Below are positions 1 through 14,124 of a stretch of 64,000 bases of DNA, in pieces. The DNA comes from the human T2T-CHM13v2.0 reference genome, Homo sapiens. The notes beneath the pieces are model-generated. The model saw only the letters and a list, made by a program, of their open reading frames with translations. It made no database searches and was not told where the DNA came from. Where the stretch lies: assembly GCF_009914755.1 (NCBI RefSeq), contig NC_060933.1. One strand, given 5' to 3'. Position numbers and translations under genes: made by a program. Each line of letters starts with the position of its first letter. Position 1 is the first letter of the stretch.

Positions 1-587
1 TCATTTTTGCTACAGCTTCAAAGATAATAGTGCTGCTATTATCTGTTTCTTAAAACAAATGGCCACTATTTCACATTTTAACTGAACAATTCCCGATAGT
101 CTCTTCTATACTATTTACAGTATACACAAAGTTTCCTGCTAATCTTATTCACAGTTGTTTTTTTACTTTTAATTAATGACATTGACTGTATATTATGACA
201 AATAACAGCATTTTTTAAAAGACCACATGATTATTCTTACATAATTTACTGGTACATAGATTATATTTTTAAATTTCAGAGTTACTTGTAATTTTTAATT
301 AGTTACTTTGACTGAATATTATCAAATTTTTTCTAGCATCTTTGATAAGACCTCAATATTTTTCTTCTATAAATTTACTGATGCATAAATTCATTTCATT
401 TTACATTCATAGTCATATATAGCAGCCACAGTTTTACTGAATTAAATATATAATATTAGTATTAAACATATTCTGGTGAATAAGTTATATTAGAATGTTT
501 TTATACTCTTGAATGTTTTTACTTGTATTTGACTATTACTTAAAAATAGGTGGAATTTAGCTGCAAACTTATTTAGTCAGGGTGCTT

Positions 588-3500
588 TTCTTTTTCATTT
601 TTGTCGGTACACAGTAGGCGCATATATTCATGGGGTACATTAGATGTTTTGGTACAGGTATGCAATGTGTGAAAATCACATTGTGGATAATGGAGTATCT
701 GTCTCCTCAAGTATTTACTTTTTGTGTTACAAAGAAGCAAATTACATTCTTTTAGTTATCTTAAAATGTACAATTAAGTTATTATTGACTATAGTCAACC
801 TGTTGTGCTATCAAATAGTAGGTCTTTTTCCTTCTATTTTTTTTTTTTTGTACTCATTAACCCTTCATAACTCCTCTCCAACTCCCATTCCCCACTACCC
901 TTCCCAGCCTCTGGTAACCATCCTTCCACACTTTTTTTGTCCTTGAGTTCAAATTGTTTTGATTTTTAGATCCCATAAATATATGAGAACATGTGATGTT
1001 TGTCTTTCTCTTCTTGGCTTATTTCACTTAACATAATGATCTCCAGTTCCATCAATATTGTTGCAAAATGACAGGATCTCATTTTTTTATGGTTGAATAG
1101 TACTCCATTGTGTATACATACAATTTTTTCTTTATCCATTAATCTGTTGATAAACACTTAGGTTGGGTACAAATCTTGGTTACTGTGAACAGTGCTGCAA
1201 CAAATATGAGAGTGTAGATAACTCTTTGATATACTGATTTATTTACTGTTGTGTATATACCCAGCAATGTGCATGCTGAATCATGTTTTTAGCTCTATTT
1301 TTATTTTATTGGGGAAACTTCAAACTGTTCTCCATAATGGCTGTACTCATTTATATTTCCACCAACAGTATGTAAGAGTTGCTTTTTCTCCATATCCTTG
1401 TCAGCATTTGTTACTGCCTGTCTTTTGGATATAAGTCATTTTAACTGGGGTTGGATGGTATCTCATTGTACTTTTGATTAGCATTTCTCTAATAATCAGT
1501 AAAGTTGAGTACCTTTTCATATACTTGTTTGCCATTTGTATGTCTTTTCTTGAGAAACTTTTATGCAAATCTTTTGCCCGTCTCTTGATCACATTAATAA
1601 TTTTTTTCTATAAAGTTACGTGAGCTTCTTATGGTTATAAATCCCTTGTCAGATGAGTAGTTCGCAAATATTTTCTCCCATTCTATGAGTTGTCTCTTCA
1701 CTTTGTTGATTGTATTATTTGCTGTGCAAAACCTTTTTAACTTCATGTGAGCCCATTTGTCCAGATTTGCTTTGGTTGCCGGTGCTTGTGGGGCATTACT
1801 CAAGAAATTTTTGCCCAAACCCAGGTCCTAGAGATTTTTCCCAATGTATTCTTGTAGTTGTTTCATAGGTTGAGGTTTTAAATTAAGTCTTGAATTATTT
1901 TCATTTGATTTTTATATATGATGAGAGAGGTCTAGTTTTATTTATCTGCATGTAGATATCTAGTTTTCCCAGCACCAGTTGTTGAAGGGACTGTCTTTTC
2001 CCCAGTGTATGTTCTTGGCACCTTTCGGGAAAATGAGTTCACTGTAGGTATGTGAATTTGTTTCTGGATTCTCTATTCTGCTCCATTTGTGGAACAGTGA
2101 ACTCTTTTTCCTTAAAGGTGCCAAGAACCAAAATCATGCTGTTTTGGTTACTATAGCTCTGAAGTATTATTTGAAGTCAGGTAATGTGATTCTTTCAGTT
2201 TTATTCTTTTTGCTCAGGATAGCTTTGGCTATTTTGAGTCTTTTGTGGTTCCAAATAAATTTTAGGAGTTTGTTGTTTTTATGAAGAATCTTATTGGTAT
2301 TTTCATAGGGAATGCATTGGATTTGTAGGTTGCATTGGGTAATATGGACATTTTAGCAATATTGATTCTTTCAATCCATAGACATGGAGTATCTTTCCTT
2401 TTCATGTGTAGGTGTCCCCTTCAATTCTTCAATTTCTTTTCTTCTTTTTTTTTTTTTTTTTTTTTGACTGAGTCACGCTCTGTCACCCAGGCTGGAGTGT
2501 AGTGGCATGATCTAGGCTCACTGCAACCTCTGTCTTCTGGGTTCAAGCGATTCTAATGCCTCAACCTCCCGAGTAGCTGGGACCTCATGTGCGCACCACC
2601 ACGCCTGGCTAATTTTTTGTATTTTTAGTAGAGATGGGGTTTCACCACATTGGTCAGGCTGGTCTTGAATTTCTGACCTCAAGTAATCCACCCACATTGG
2701 CCTCCCAAAGTGCTGGGATTAGAGGCGTGAAGGCGTGAGCTACCATGCCTGGCAGTCCTCTTCAGTTTCTTTCATCAGTGTTTAGTGGTTTTCATTATGG
2801 GAATATTTCACTTCTTTGGGCAAGTAAATTCTTAGGTATTTAATTTTTTTGTAGCTATTGAAAATGGGATTGAATTTTTTAATTTCTTTTTCAGATTGTT
2901 CATTTTGGCATTTAGAAACTCTATGGATTGTTTACATTGATTTTGTATCCTGCAAATTTACTAAATTTGTTTATCATTTCCAATAGTTATTATGGTGAAG
3001 TCTTTATGTTTTTTCAAATATAAGATCATATCATCTGCAAACAAAGATAATTTGACTTCTTTTATCCAAATTTAAATTCCTTTTTTTTTCTCTTGTCTGG
3101 TTGCTCTAGCTAGGACTTCCAGTAACATTCTGAATAACAGTGGTGAAAGTGGGCATCTTTCTCACATTCCAGATCTTAGAGGAAAGGCTTTCATTTTCTG
3201 CCATTCAGTATGATGCTAACTGTGTGTCTGTTGTATATAGCTTTTATTATGTGGTGATATGTTCCTTCTATACCTGTTTTTTTTTTGGGAGTTTTTAATC
3301 ATGAAGGGGTGTTGAATTTTATTGAATGCTTTTTATGCATCAATCGAAATGATCATATCATTTTTATCTTTCATTCTGTTAATGTTAACATCAATTTGAT
3401 TGATTTATGCGTAATGAACCAGCTTGCATCCCAGGGATAAATTAAATCCCACTTGGTCATGATAACTGATCTTTCTAATGTATTGTTGAATTTCTTTTGC

Positions 3501-3633
3501 TAGTATTTTGTGGAGAATTTTTGCATCAATATTCATCAGAGATATTGGCCTGTAGACTTCATTTTTCATGTGTCTTGGTGTGGTTTTTGTATCAGGGTAA
3601 TACTGGCCTCATAGGATGAGTTTGGAAGTATTC
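588..3633 (-). mobile_element. LINE-1, L1MA2/L1MA3-like, 5'-truncated (3'UTR plus RT/C-terminal ORF2 remnant), interrupted by an Alu
   Basis: T-rich tail followed by an L1MA-type 3' end (ggtacacagtagg...atggggtac). Minus-strand ORF fragments resemble ORF2 (KDIQMANKYMKR, EWEKIFANYSSDKG, ELEIIMLSEISQ). Confidence 0.9.
2444..2753 (-). mobile_element. AluS (Sz/Sx-like), full length, inside the L1MA
   Basis: Poly-T, both arms and linker (aattttttgtatttttagtagaga). Degenerate TSD gtcc(c/t)cttca(a/g)tt. Internal 8-bp duplication aggcgtga-aggcgtga. Confidence 0.95.
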
Positions 3634-3752
3634 TGGTCAAAGTGCTTTCCAAGAATAAACTACCAATAATCTTCACATTTTCTTCTGTAGTAATTAATTT
3701 ATCAAGTTACTTGTCCCTATTGGGTTAATATTGGTAGATCAACTATTACTAA

Positions 3753-4549
3753 TGATATGGAGAAGAGACAAGGAAATACTGGCTAGGAAAGGGCAGTTCT
3801 TTTGCAAAGACCCCACCCTCAAGCCTGGATACCCATGGCCCTAAATGAGGACAGGCATTCCTGTTTTCATGCTGAAAAACTACTTTTTGACCTGCCATGC
3901 CCCCTATCCTGTACCCATATTAACCCCAGGCCTCAGGCTCCAGAAGCAGAAAAGGAGAGGAGCAGACAAATAGCAGAACAGTGTGGCAGAGAAAGAGAGA
4001 AGAGAAGGGGTGTCTGAACGCCTAGAGGAGTTTGACTGGTGATGTATGGAGAGGATATCGGCTGCTGAGCAGCCAAACTCCAGGGGAAGATCATCTTCCC
4101 ACTCTATCCCCTTCCCAGCTCCTCATCCGTCTTGCTGAAAGCCACTTCCACTACTTAATAAACCCCCTGCATTCATGCTTCAAGTCCGTGTGAGACCTGA
4201 CACTTTCGGGAGACTGAACAAGAGCTCAGGATACAGAAAACTGTCACACTGGCCTTCTGCTCTTATAAAGAGGCAGAGGGTCCACTGAGCTGGATAACAC
4301 TTAAGCTGTCCATGGATGGCAAGGCTAATAGAGTGCACTGTAACAAACACTCATTTGGGCTTTGGTAGTCACAGGCTCCCACCTCTGGAGGCTGCTGTGG
4401 GGCTGGAGTCCAGTGCCCTGGCTCCTACCACTGCCTGTCTATGTGCTCCTCCCTCCCATAAGGGGTTTGAGCAGTGGCAGTGACCACACAGATGAGCCAC
4501 ACTCCTGTTGCATGTCCTGCAAGGGCAGTCAGAGAACTCTTCCCTTTCA
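3753..4549 (+). mobile_element. Solo ERV1 LTR, MER50-like
   Basis: TGA...TCA termini with an exact 4-bp TSD CTAA (3749-3752 and 4550-4553). Internal AATAAA near 4157. The 5' sequence resembles the recalled MER50 consensus. Confidence 0.8.
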
Positions 4550-4954
4550 CTAAGCAATCATCTATTTCTTTGAGATTTAAAAAATCTTGCTGCTGTCTGT
4601 GGATAATTCATTATTTTTAATCTCCAATGCATTACTCTCTTTTTTCCTTATTCAAGCACGTCAGTTTTTGATTAATTTATCTTTTCCAGTATTTTCTTAT
4701 TTTCTATTTCATTATATTTTTGTCAGCACTTACTATTGTTAATTTGTACTTTCCTATATTTTTAAAATTTTGTTTAGTACTTTTTTTAAAAAAGTATTAC
4801 TATATTTTCTTTCTTATTGATGAAGGCATGTGATGGTACACATTTTAATCTCACTTTGATATGATGAATTCACTCATATGTAACATTAGGAAGAGGTTTC
4901 CTTTTAATAAAAGTTTTTTTTCCTATAGTAGAATAAGTCTGCAATAAGGATAAA

Positions 4955-5392
4955 GCCCAGTATTAGAATATGTTGATGTCCTAATTCCAGTGCCTGTGTA
5001 TGTGACCATATTTGGAAATAGAGTTTTTGCAGATGTTATCAAATTAAGATGAGGTCACTAGAGTGAGCTCCAGTCCAGTATAATTAAAATCCTGACAAGC
5101 AGAGGCAAGCATTATGTGACGACACACACAGAGAAATGGACATGTGACAATAGAGGCAGAGACTGAGGCCTTGCCACTGCAAACTAAGAAATACCAACAA
5201 TTGCTTGGCAAACGACTAGAAGCTAGGGCGGATCAGGGAAAGATTTATTTTTCTAGGTTTCAGAGGGAGCATGTCTCTGACAACACCTTGAATTCGGATA
5301 TCTAGCCTCCAGACTGTGATACAATACATTTCTCTTCTTTTAAGCCACCCAATTTTGGTACTCTGTTACAGCAGCCCTAGGAAACTAATATA
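4955..5392 (+). mobile_element. MaLR solo LTR, MLT1C-like
   Basis: Typical motifs tatttggaaatag...ttaagatgaggtca and the terminal gcagccctaggaaactaata. Confidence 0.85.
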
Positions 5393-6820
5393 CCCATCCA
5401 CCCAGCTAAACAAACAAAAACAAAATATACCTCACATGGACTTTTAAATTATAGTTTTCTAAGTGTAACAGTCATTTCAGTGCTATTTCAGTACTGGTGC
5501 TACAATTTCAGAATTTTATTGATCAATATTTAAAAAATTCCCAGAGGAAAAATCCTTATCATAAATGAGATACCTATTCCTTCCTCTGTAAGTTACAGGA
5601 TATAAGGAAGTTTCAGTTGCCACTTTCTGAAGGATCAGAATTCTGAGTCATCCCTCCATGATTTATTTTAAGCTTTTCTATTTATAGTCTGTCTGCCACA
5701 ATACCCATAATATATATATATATATGTTGGCTTAGGGCCATTCTCCAGTTTCAGTAAAAATGAAAATTCATATCATTTTTGTTTGATTTGGTCATGTCTT
5801 TAGCTCTCTGTGTGGAAATCATAAAATGTGTTCATAATTTTATACTTCCTCTTCTTCTCTATTCCAAAAGTAAGCTTTCTGTTAGGTGGAGCTATGTTTA
5901 TTTATAGCTTTCACACCTAGAAGGGTATTTGGAACATTGTAAGCATAAAATAAAGATGTATTAAAGGAATCAAAGTTATCCATTCATTTGCTTACTTAAT
6001 GACAAAGAAGTGGAAGGAAAATATAAATTCCCAAACGTATAAAACATTTACCATAGAATACATTTTATATGACATTTTATTATACAAAAGATAGAGTAAT
6101 AGAACAATGTAAATATAACAATCAGTGTTAAAAATGAGTTTTCTAATATGGACAAACTATTTTTAAAAGATGCTCCAATATCAATTTCTGAGGGTGATAT
6201 ATATTTTTAATTGATATTGTCATAAGTTTCCAATTTTTACCTGGCACATTCCAGAGCAACAGAGCCTGCATTAGTGTTGATAATTAGAATCCAAGTTCCA
6301 TTTCTATTAATCTTTGTGTGTTTATGTTTTCCAGTCAATAAAATAGGCCAGTGACCATATTCATCCATGACGGTTGTGAAGATAGCATTGGTTTTAGAAC
6401 TCTTGACAGATAAGTGACAGCAATCTATGAAACCAACTGATCCTACGCATAACATCAAAATCAACAAATCAAACTCCCTTTTATCAATTACGTACCTAAT
6501 AGCTACAAAGTCCATTTTAATGGTCATTAGAGACTTGCCTTGGAATAAAATAAATAATACTCGTCTCGACAAATGGCATCTGTTTTTAATAATTATTATC
6601 ATTTCCTCTTTTTTCTCCTACGAATGTATTAAAAATCTAAATTTAATTAGCAATCCTTTAACAAGTACTTATAGTTTATAAAAATCACTGACCATAAGTC
6701 GTTGAGTTGCTTGTTCAACTTTGACAAATGGAGAAAAAAATAAAACCAAAAGGAATTCATGGCTTAAGTTCCCTAAGAGAGTGAACAAAAACGCAAAACA
6801 GAAATGCCTTTGAAGAACTA

Positions 6821-6900
6821 TTATGTCAGTGCAAAAGTAATTGTGGTTTTTGCCATTGAAAGTACCAGCAAAAACTATGATTACTTTTGCACCAAACTAA
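6821..6900. mobile_element. MADE1 (Hsmar1-derived 80-bp palindromic MITE)
   Basis: 80-bp imperfect palindrome gtgcaaaagtaatt...attacttttgcac, flanked by TA at 6819-6820 and 6901-6902. Confidence 0.92.
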
Positions 6901-7028
6901 TATCAGTTATGTAATTATAAACTTAAACACTACTTTATTATGTCATGATTGTTCTTGTGTGTCTAGTGCTTTCTGGTTTTCTATAGTTTTCCAACTATCC
7001 ATTAGGCAATTACTTCTTTCCCACTTTT

Positions 7029-7323
7029 ATTTTTTTTCTTCAGACAGAGTCTCACTCTGTCACCCAGGCTGGAGTGCAGTGGGGTGACCTCAGCTCCCTG
7101 CAACCTCTGCCTCCTGGGGCTCAAGCAATTCTTGTGCCTCAGTCTCCTGAGTAGCTGGGATTACAGGCACCCACCAGGACGCCCGGCTACTTTTTGTATT
7201 TTTAGTAGAGAGGGGGTTTCACCATGTTGGCCAGGCTGGTCTTGAACTCCTGGCCTCAAGTTATCCTCTCACCTCAGGCTCCCAAATTGCTGGAATTACA
7301 GGCATAAGTTACCACGCCCAGCC
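7029..7323 (-). mobile_element. Alu (old S or S/J boundary), full length
   Basis: Dimeric Alu. TSD approximately ttctttcccactttt (7014-7028) and ttttctcccactttt (7324-7338). Confidence 0.95.
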
Positions 7324-8802
7324 TTTTCTCCCACTTTTGACTCTCATTTTGAAGTAATCTATCCTGATATAATTTTCTTCACTAGTGGAAAGATAAGAGT
7401 ATAATCTAAGTTTGGCCTGACAAATTTGTTTGCTCTAAGATATTAAATCTTGAGGTAAATGATGAAAGAATAGAGTGGATTCCTCTAGTTGAAATACACT
7501 TTTGAGACTGATCAGATTCTTGGAATTTGCCAACTACCTTTTTTTTTCTCAACCAGATTCTTCAATTTTTCTTAAAAAGTCTGCAATGTGCTACCATATC
7601 ATTGTAATTAAAATATGTTTTTTACTAAGTTGTCTAGGGTCTTTTCATGTTGATTTATTTAAATAAATCACTCTGACTCAGATTTGTAATAAATCAGATT
7701 AGTCATATTTATGGAATAAATTAAAATAAGTCTAACTATTTATATGAAAGTTAATCTCCATAACGGCAAAGGTAAATTTTTCACCGTTATACTTGAATTT
7801 CCATAAGAGATCTTATACTGTGTTATTTGATGAATGTTTATCTAATGAATTAAAAATTAATGACTTTATTAATGCATCTTGTTTCTGTGGCACCCGAAAG
7901 TGATTTTAGCCCTTTAATGAGGTGAAGTAAGTCTCAAATATTTCTTCATTTAAAAATTTAAGCTTTTTTCCTTTAAAATTAACAACTCACTACTCATAAA
8001 TATTAGGAGAGAGAAACTCTAAAATAAAATAAGTTATCTTAGGTCACATTAGCCAACAACTATCTGTTGTTTTACTTAATATGTCACTGTTCTAAAAGCA
8101 TTTGAAAGAGAAGAGTGAAATTAATAGTACAGAAATCATAGGATACAAACAAACATGACAAAAAATTTATGAGCAGGTTTCTAGCCATGACAAAAAAAAT
8201 ATTAATATGCAGGAAAAAAGTGTAGAGGGAATGAAACTAGACTTAACTTCCATAATGTAGTGCTTATTTTTTTAAACCTGTTTACTTTGAAGGCCTTTCA
8301 TCCTGACTACCGATATAAATATCATCAACTGTGATTTTCTTCCAAGTCATTGTCTGGCATGGGATGTTATCAAGTGAGTTTAGCTGTACTTTAATTTTGG
8401 GGGCCAGTAACTTAAAACTACACACACACACACACCTCATTTTTAGAGTGTTCGCTTATTTGGCTAACTAAAAACTGTTTTACTCACATTATGCAACAAA
8501 ATTTTTCTGTACCAAAATAACCCTGCTAGGTATTATGACCATTATTTCCTAAAATAATGATACTTTAATGAAAAAAAACACATAACCAAGATTAAAATAA
8601 ATATATTTGCTTTGAAATATTTAAAACTAGGTGTTACTACCTTACATCATATTAGTAATTATGTATTACTTTAATTTTTGTGTCAGTTAAAATTTAACTA
8701 TTAACTATCTTTAATGATTTAATGAAATAGTTAATGATCTAATGAAACAGTTATTTTTCAGGACTGAAAAATAAAATTTGAATAAAATCACTTTTCAGAC
8801 TT

Positions 8803-11200
8803 TCATTTTCTAGTCTGACATGAATGGACTTTGGTAGTCTTCACTCCTGTGCTTATAACAAGAAAAAAGCTGAACAAACTGAAAATCAATAGCTCTTTGT
8901 TGTTACCTGAGAGAACTGAGGTCACAGGGAAACCTACTCCTCCCAAAATTGAAGAAATAGTTGGATATGGAGAATTATTTAAGTAGAAGCCCAGGAGGAA
9001 AAAACAAAAAACAAAAAACAAACAAAAATTCAATGTAAACCAATACTGGGGTAGTGAAACCTTAACTGTAAGTGACAAAATCATGAAAACTCAGTGTGAA
9101 TATCCTGAGTTTAAACTCTGGGTGTTTAATCTTAGAGGGGTGCAGACTTTTATGAGTTTTGCCTTCAGAGCACTACCAGGCTCTCACAATGAAGACTGGA
9201 GAAAAATCTGCTTGAAGAAGGAGGGGAAAAATCATTATTATTAACGTCTGACCAAAGCATTCTATTTTCCTTAACAATATCTACCCTAAAGAAGTCTATT
9301 TTACCAGAGCCTAACTGACTGGGGTTTTACCAGAGATGAACTAACTCAGGGTAATCTAACTCCAGCTCCACCTTTCCTTCCTATATTCCATGAGAAGCAT
9401 TGGTGAAGGTCATAGTGCACTAAAAGACTGAGACCCAATTACAGGACTAAAGAATGCTTCTTTCCCCCACACACCTTACCACCACACCAATCAGTCTCTT
9501 GTATAACAAAACACATACAACTGAAAGAACTGTGCATTCTTAATGTTATATGAGAAGAGGTCTCTAGGGAGACCAAAAGGCAACAAGGGTCACATAAGCA
9601 GACACGAGAAAATTGTCAGACTCTGACACCCGCAGCAAAGAATAACTTACAATGTAAGTGGACAGCACGATAACAAATGGACAATTAAGCAGAGAGATGA
9701 AAACACCAAGAAAGAGTTAAAATAAAACACTAGAAATCAAAAACATTACTGAAAAGAAGAATGTCTTGAATGGGTCAATAGATTGGACATAAACAACATT
9801 GTATACAGTGAGATTAAGGATATGTCAATAGAAACTTTTGAAATTGAAATGCAAAGAGAAAATAGAAAAGAAAATTAGAACAGAATAACCTAGAACTGTG
9901 GGACAATTACAAAAGGTATAACATTCATAATGAGACTACCAGAGAGAGAGGAAAGAGAAGAAGAAACAAGAACTATTTGCTGCAAAAATGACAGAATTTT
10001 CCAAATTTAATGATAGGTACCAAACCAAACCACAGACACACAAAGCCCAAAGAACAACAAGCGGAATACATACTAAAACATTTACACCTAGCATATCATG
10101 TTCAAACCACAGAAAACAAAAGAGAAAGAAAAAAAATCCTGGTGGATGCCGGGGAAGTGAAAGGGGGAATGGGGACCTTGTGCTTATACAGGAGCAAGGA
10201 TAAGAATTAAGTAACAACATATTAAACGATTTCGGTTTACAGATAAGCAAAATGAATGATAGTGATGTTATGGAGGGTGGGAGGGAGGAATTGGGAATAC
10301 TCTGTTCTAAGGTACTTGCACTACCTGAGAAGTGATATGGTGTTACAAAAAGCATAACTTGTATTACTATATGCTACAAACGCAATGGCACGACTAAAAG
10401 ATTTTTTCAATTAAATCATACAAAATGCTCAATTAAAACAATAAAAAGCAGAAAAATAATAAAAGAAAAAAATAAACAAAAACAAAAGTAGTAAGCAGAA
10501 AACACTAAAAATTTGGTAGATATTAATCCAAGTATGTCAATAATCACTTTAAACATCAGTGGTCTAAATATAACAAATAAATGAAAGAAACTGTATGAAT
10601 GTTTTGTTATAGAACATGATCCAATGATATATTATCTAAAAACAACCCACTTCAAATATTAACATATGATACATTAAGTGAAAGTATGTGATACATCGTG
10701 CTAATACAACTGAAAGAAAGCCGGAGTAACTATAATAATTTCAGACAAGGCAGACTTCAGAGTAAGAAAAATTACTAGGCATAAATAACAGTATTACATA
10801 AGGATTTGGGGGCAATGATGGAGTATCAAAGAGAAGACATAACAATTCTTAATATCTTTAATAATTAAGCATCTAAATATGTAAGACAAAACAGAGATGC
10901 AAGAAGAAATGGATGAATCCATTATTACAGCTGGAGACTTCAACACCTCTTTATTACTAATTTACATCCATGAGGCAGAAAACCGATAAAGATGTGGTTG
11001 AACTGAACAGCACCACCAATCAACAAGATCTAGTGGACATCTATCTATAGAATACTTCATCCAAAAATGCAGATTCCGCATTCTCCTCAAGCTCTCATGA
11101 AAGATTTACCAATATAGACCACATTCTGGATCATAAAATACAACTTAACAAATTTTAAAAAGTAGAAATCATACAGAGTGTGTTCTTAGTTCATATTGAG
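8803..11200 (+). mobile_element. Ancient L1M (L1MD-like) 5' region with decayed ORF1 and ORF2 endonuclease remnants
   Basis: ORF1-like (agaactgtgggacaattacaaaagg) and endonuclease-like (gctggagacttcaacacc, atagaccacattctgg) motifs occur in the correct order. Confidence 0.75.
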
Positions 11201-11879
11201 AAACTGAATTAAAATGAGCTAATGATCTATTGTTATGATAATAATGAATCCATAAATGACTATTATAATTTGTGTTTTTTGTGCACCTGCATTTTCCCAA
11301 TGTAAATGCAATCACATTAACAGGATCTTGAATACCTACAAAGAAATGGTAAGCAATAGGGCAACTGGAAGAACGTCAGCAGAAATTTGCGAAACATTCA
11401 TTTAAAAAAAGGTGTTCAGAACTTCCACAATTAACAAATGAGCAGTTTAACGTTTTAATTCACATTTAAAAAATAAAATTGGCCAGTCTACATCACATGA
11501 AGAAAGTATAGTGCTATTATTACGTTCCAACTCTGTATTACTCACATTCTAGTATACTGTGAGTAACACACTAGCCCCTGAAAATGAGTGTTTACATGAA
11601 ATTTCTCTGGCTGTGCATCAGTTCATTTTGTTGGTCCTCTCAGGAGGTCCTCATTGTTAATGCGGCTTCCTTTTTACCTCTGCTATTGCCTGACATAAAA
11701 TAGGAAGATATTTACTCAGACTTTCTAGATGTAATTCACAACTCCTTCCTGTTGCCACTTCCAGATCCTCTTCAGATTTATAGTATAACAATAATTACTG
11801 TTCATCTTTTTTACTGATCTGACTCCAGAAGAGATTGTGACTAAGCATAATTCTAGGTATCCATTCTGCTGATCACAAT

Positions 11880-11945
11880 GCATATCATATGATGGTTAAT
11901 CAATAAAAGCTTGATCAATGAGTGAATGAATGGATGAATAAATCA
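11880..11945 (+). mobile_element. L2 3' tail fragment
   Basis: Degenerate (tgaa)n tail: gagtgaatgaatggatgaataaat. Confidence 0.4.
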
Positions 11946-12700
11946 CATAATAAAACCAGTACAGTGAGGGATTATTTTTCTTCATTCTGATCTAAGAACA
12001 TTATTGCAAAGGGCTCCACAATTTGACTATATTTATTATGATAGTACGCATGCAAACACAAATATGTCTGCAATATAGAACCTTTTTGCTGATATAAAAG
12101 AATTCTATTGAATTTCATATTAATAGACTTAACGTACCTGGAAGTGAATTTCACTAAGTCTTTTCATAGCTAGTCTCTGCCCCAGGTTCTTCAACCTGGT
12201 ACACTGTCACAAAGTATTAATGATGGATTTAATACTGGAATGAATATACACACACACGAAAAAAGTAAAATGGTGTTGCACAACTGCTGTAGAACATTCA
12301 TGCTTTCTGTAATTTCAAATGTTGTTATTAAATTTACTTACCGACTTATAACCTATGTAGACATAAAAATATAAAAACCAAAGTTAATTATATTACAGTC
12401 AACATTTCTAAAATATAAAATTTGATGTAAAAACCTGAGGCAAAACCAAAATAATTGTGAAAAACTAAGACAGAGTTCATATATCAAATAGAAAAAATAA
12501 AATTCTATACTCTTGAAAAATTATCCATATGCCAAACCAAATTTCTGCATCTGTATCAGACAGTCTTTGGATATAGCTAATTACCACATACCATTGTTAT
12601 ACTCTGTATCACACTTCAGACAAAATGATCACAAAATATTTGAGAATTTATGAAGCAATAAGTAGTTAATAATGATCTCTGTCCAAAGTTTTATCCTGGG

Positions 12701-12945
12701 ATATTCATACATTGTGCAATTGCTAAATTGAGCTAATGAACATTACTTCACATTCTTTTTATTTTTTATTTTTTGTGGTGAAAACACACTGTACATTCTT
12801 AGCAATTTTCAAGAATGTATTATGTTGTTATTAAGTGTAGTTGTCATGTTGTACAACAGATGTCTTGAACACATACATATTTAAAACATATTGTACAGGA
12901 TATATATATACAGTTTTTATTTCCAATTAAAATACATTATACGTA
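12701..12945 (+). mobile_element. Short L1MA (MA6-8-like) 3' end with 5' inversion
   Basis: 12701-12870 is antisense L1MA 3'UTR and 12871-12935 is the sense terminal part. Degenerate TSD at 12685-12700 and 12946-12962. Confidence 0.65.
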
Positions 12946-13049
12946 AAAGGATTTATCCCGGGTGGAAAGAAATATGAACAAGTAATAACTCTAAATATTT
13001 TTACATTTTAAAATTGTTTCCCATTAGACTTTGATTAAAAATAAATTTG

Positions 13050-13342
13050 ATGTTCGTAACACAAAGAAATAATAAACACTTGAGGTGATAGAGGCCCCAT
13101 TTGCTCTGATGTGATTATTACACATTGTATGCCTTTATCAAAATATCACATGCACTCCAGAAATATATATATACACACATAAATATGCATACATATATAT
13201 ACACACATACATATATATACATATATATACACATACATATATATACATATATACACATACATATATACATATATGTACACATACATATATATACATATAT
13301 ATATACCTAGTATTTACCCATAAAAATTAAAAATTCAAAAAA
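13050..13342 (+). mobile_element. L1MA (MA3/4-like) 3' end with an expanded internal microsatellite
   Basis: taacacaaaga...tgatgtgattattacacattgtatgcct...acccataaaaattaaaaatt. Confidence 0.8.
13164..13306. repeat. (TA/CA)n compound microsatellite
   Basis: Visible directly in the sequence. Confidence 0.95.
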
Positions 13343-13574
13343 TCTGAACCAGAAACAATGTCTAGAGGAACACTTATGCTAAAGAACCATGGAATTTATG
13401 AGCTGAACGGTACCTATGTGGAGCCCATCTTCTCTAATCTGCTCATTTTATGAATGAAGTGACAGAGGAATACAGAAGGCAAAAGACCTGCTGGAAGTCA
13501 GAGGGTTCTCGATAGCAGCAAAACCATACTGGAATGCAGCTCTCCCAACTCCAGTGCCATTTATGCAATTACAA

Positions 13575-14124
13575 CAGTGTTTCTCAGCAGCAGCACTGTT
13601 AACATTTTGAAACTGATGCTTCATTGAGAAGGATAATCCTGTGCACTGTAGAATGTTTAGTAGCATCCCTGGCCTCTCCTCACTAGATGCCAGTATCACT
13701 TCCCTAGATCCTCCTAAATTTGTAAGAGATGAAAAGGAACAAGATCATGTCCTTTGCAGGGACGTAGATGGACATGGAAGCCATTATCCTCAGTAAACTA
13801 ACAGAAAAACAAACACCACATATTCTCACTTATAAGTGGGACTGGAATGATGAGAACACATGGACACAGCGGGGGACGATAGACACTGGGGACTCTTGGG
13901 GGATGGGGGGCCTGGGAGCAAGAGCATCAGGAAGAACAGCTAATGGATGCTGGGCATAATACCTAGGTGATGGGTTGATGTGTGCATCAAACCACCATGG
14001 CACACATTTACCTATGTAACACAAGCACATGGGCATGTAACCCAGGACTTAAAAGTTGAAAAAACAAATGTTTTCAGATGTTGCAATTTGTAGGGGACAA
14101 ATTATTCCCAGCTGAGAACCACTG
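13575..14124. mobile_element. MER20 (hAT-Charlie) split by an L1 insertion
   Basis: Terminal inverted repeats cagtgtttctcagc and gctgagaaccactg. 8-bp TSD aattacaa/agttacag (6/8 match). Core gcatccctggcctct...cactagatgccagta. Confidence 0.85.
13731..14064 (+). mobile_element. L1PA13-15-like 3' end nested in MER20
   Basis: gatcatgtcctttgcaggg...agcatcaggaagaacagctaatggatgctggg...tttacctatgtaac. Confidence 0.85.

Noticed and set aside
6237-6681. Overlapping ORFs (121 aa and 84 aa) and a minus-strand donor-like CAG|GTAAAA near 6240
   Set aside because: No recognisable protein family, AT-rich low-information composition and no paired acceptor that I can support.
11590-11880. Possible old ERVL LTR fragment (LTR16/LTR33-like)
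   Set aside because: Similarity is too weak to call by eye.
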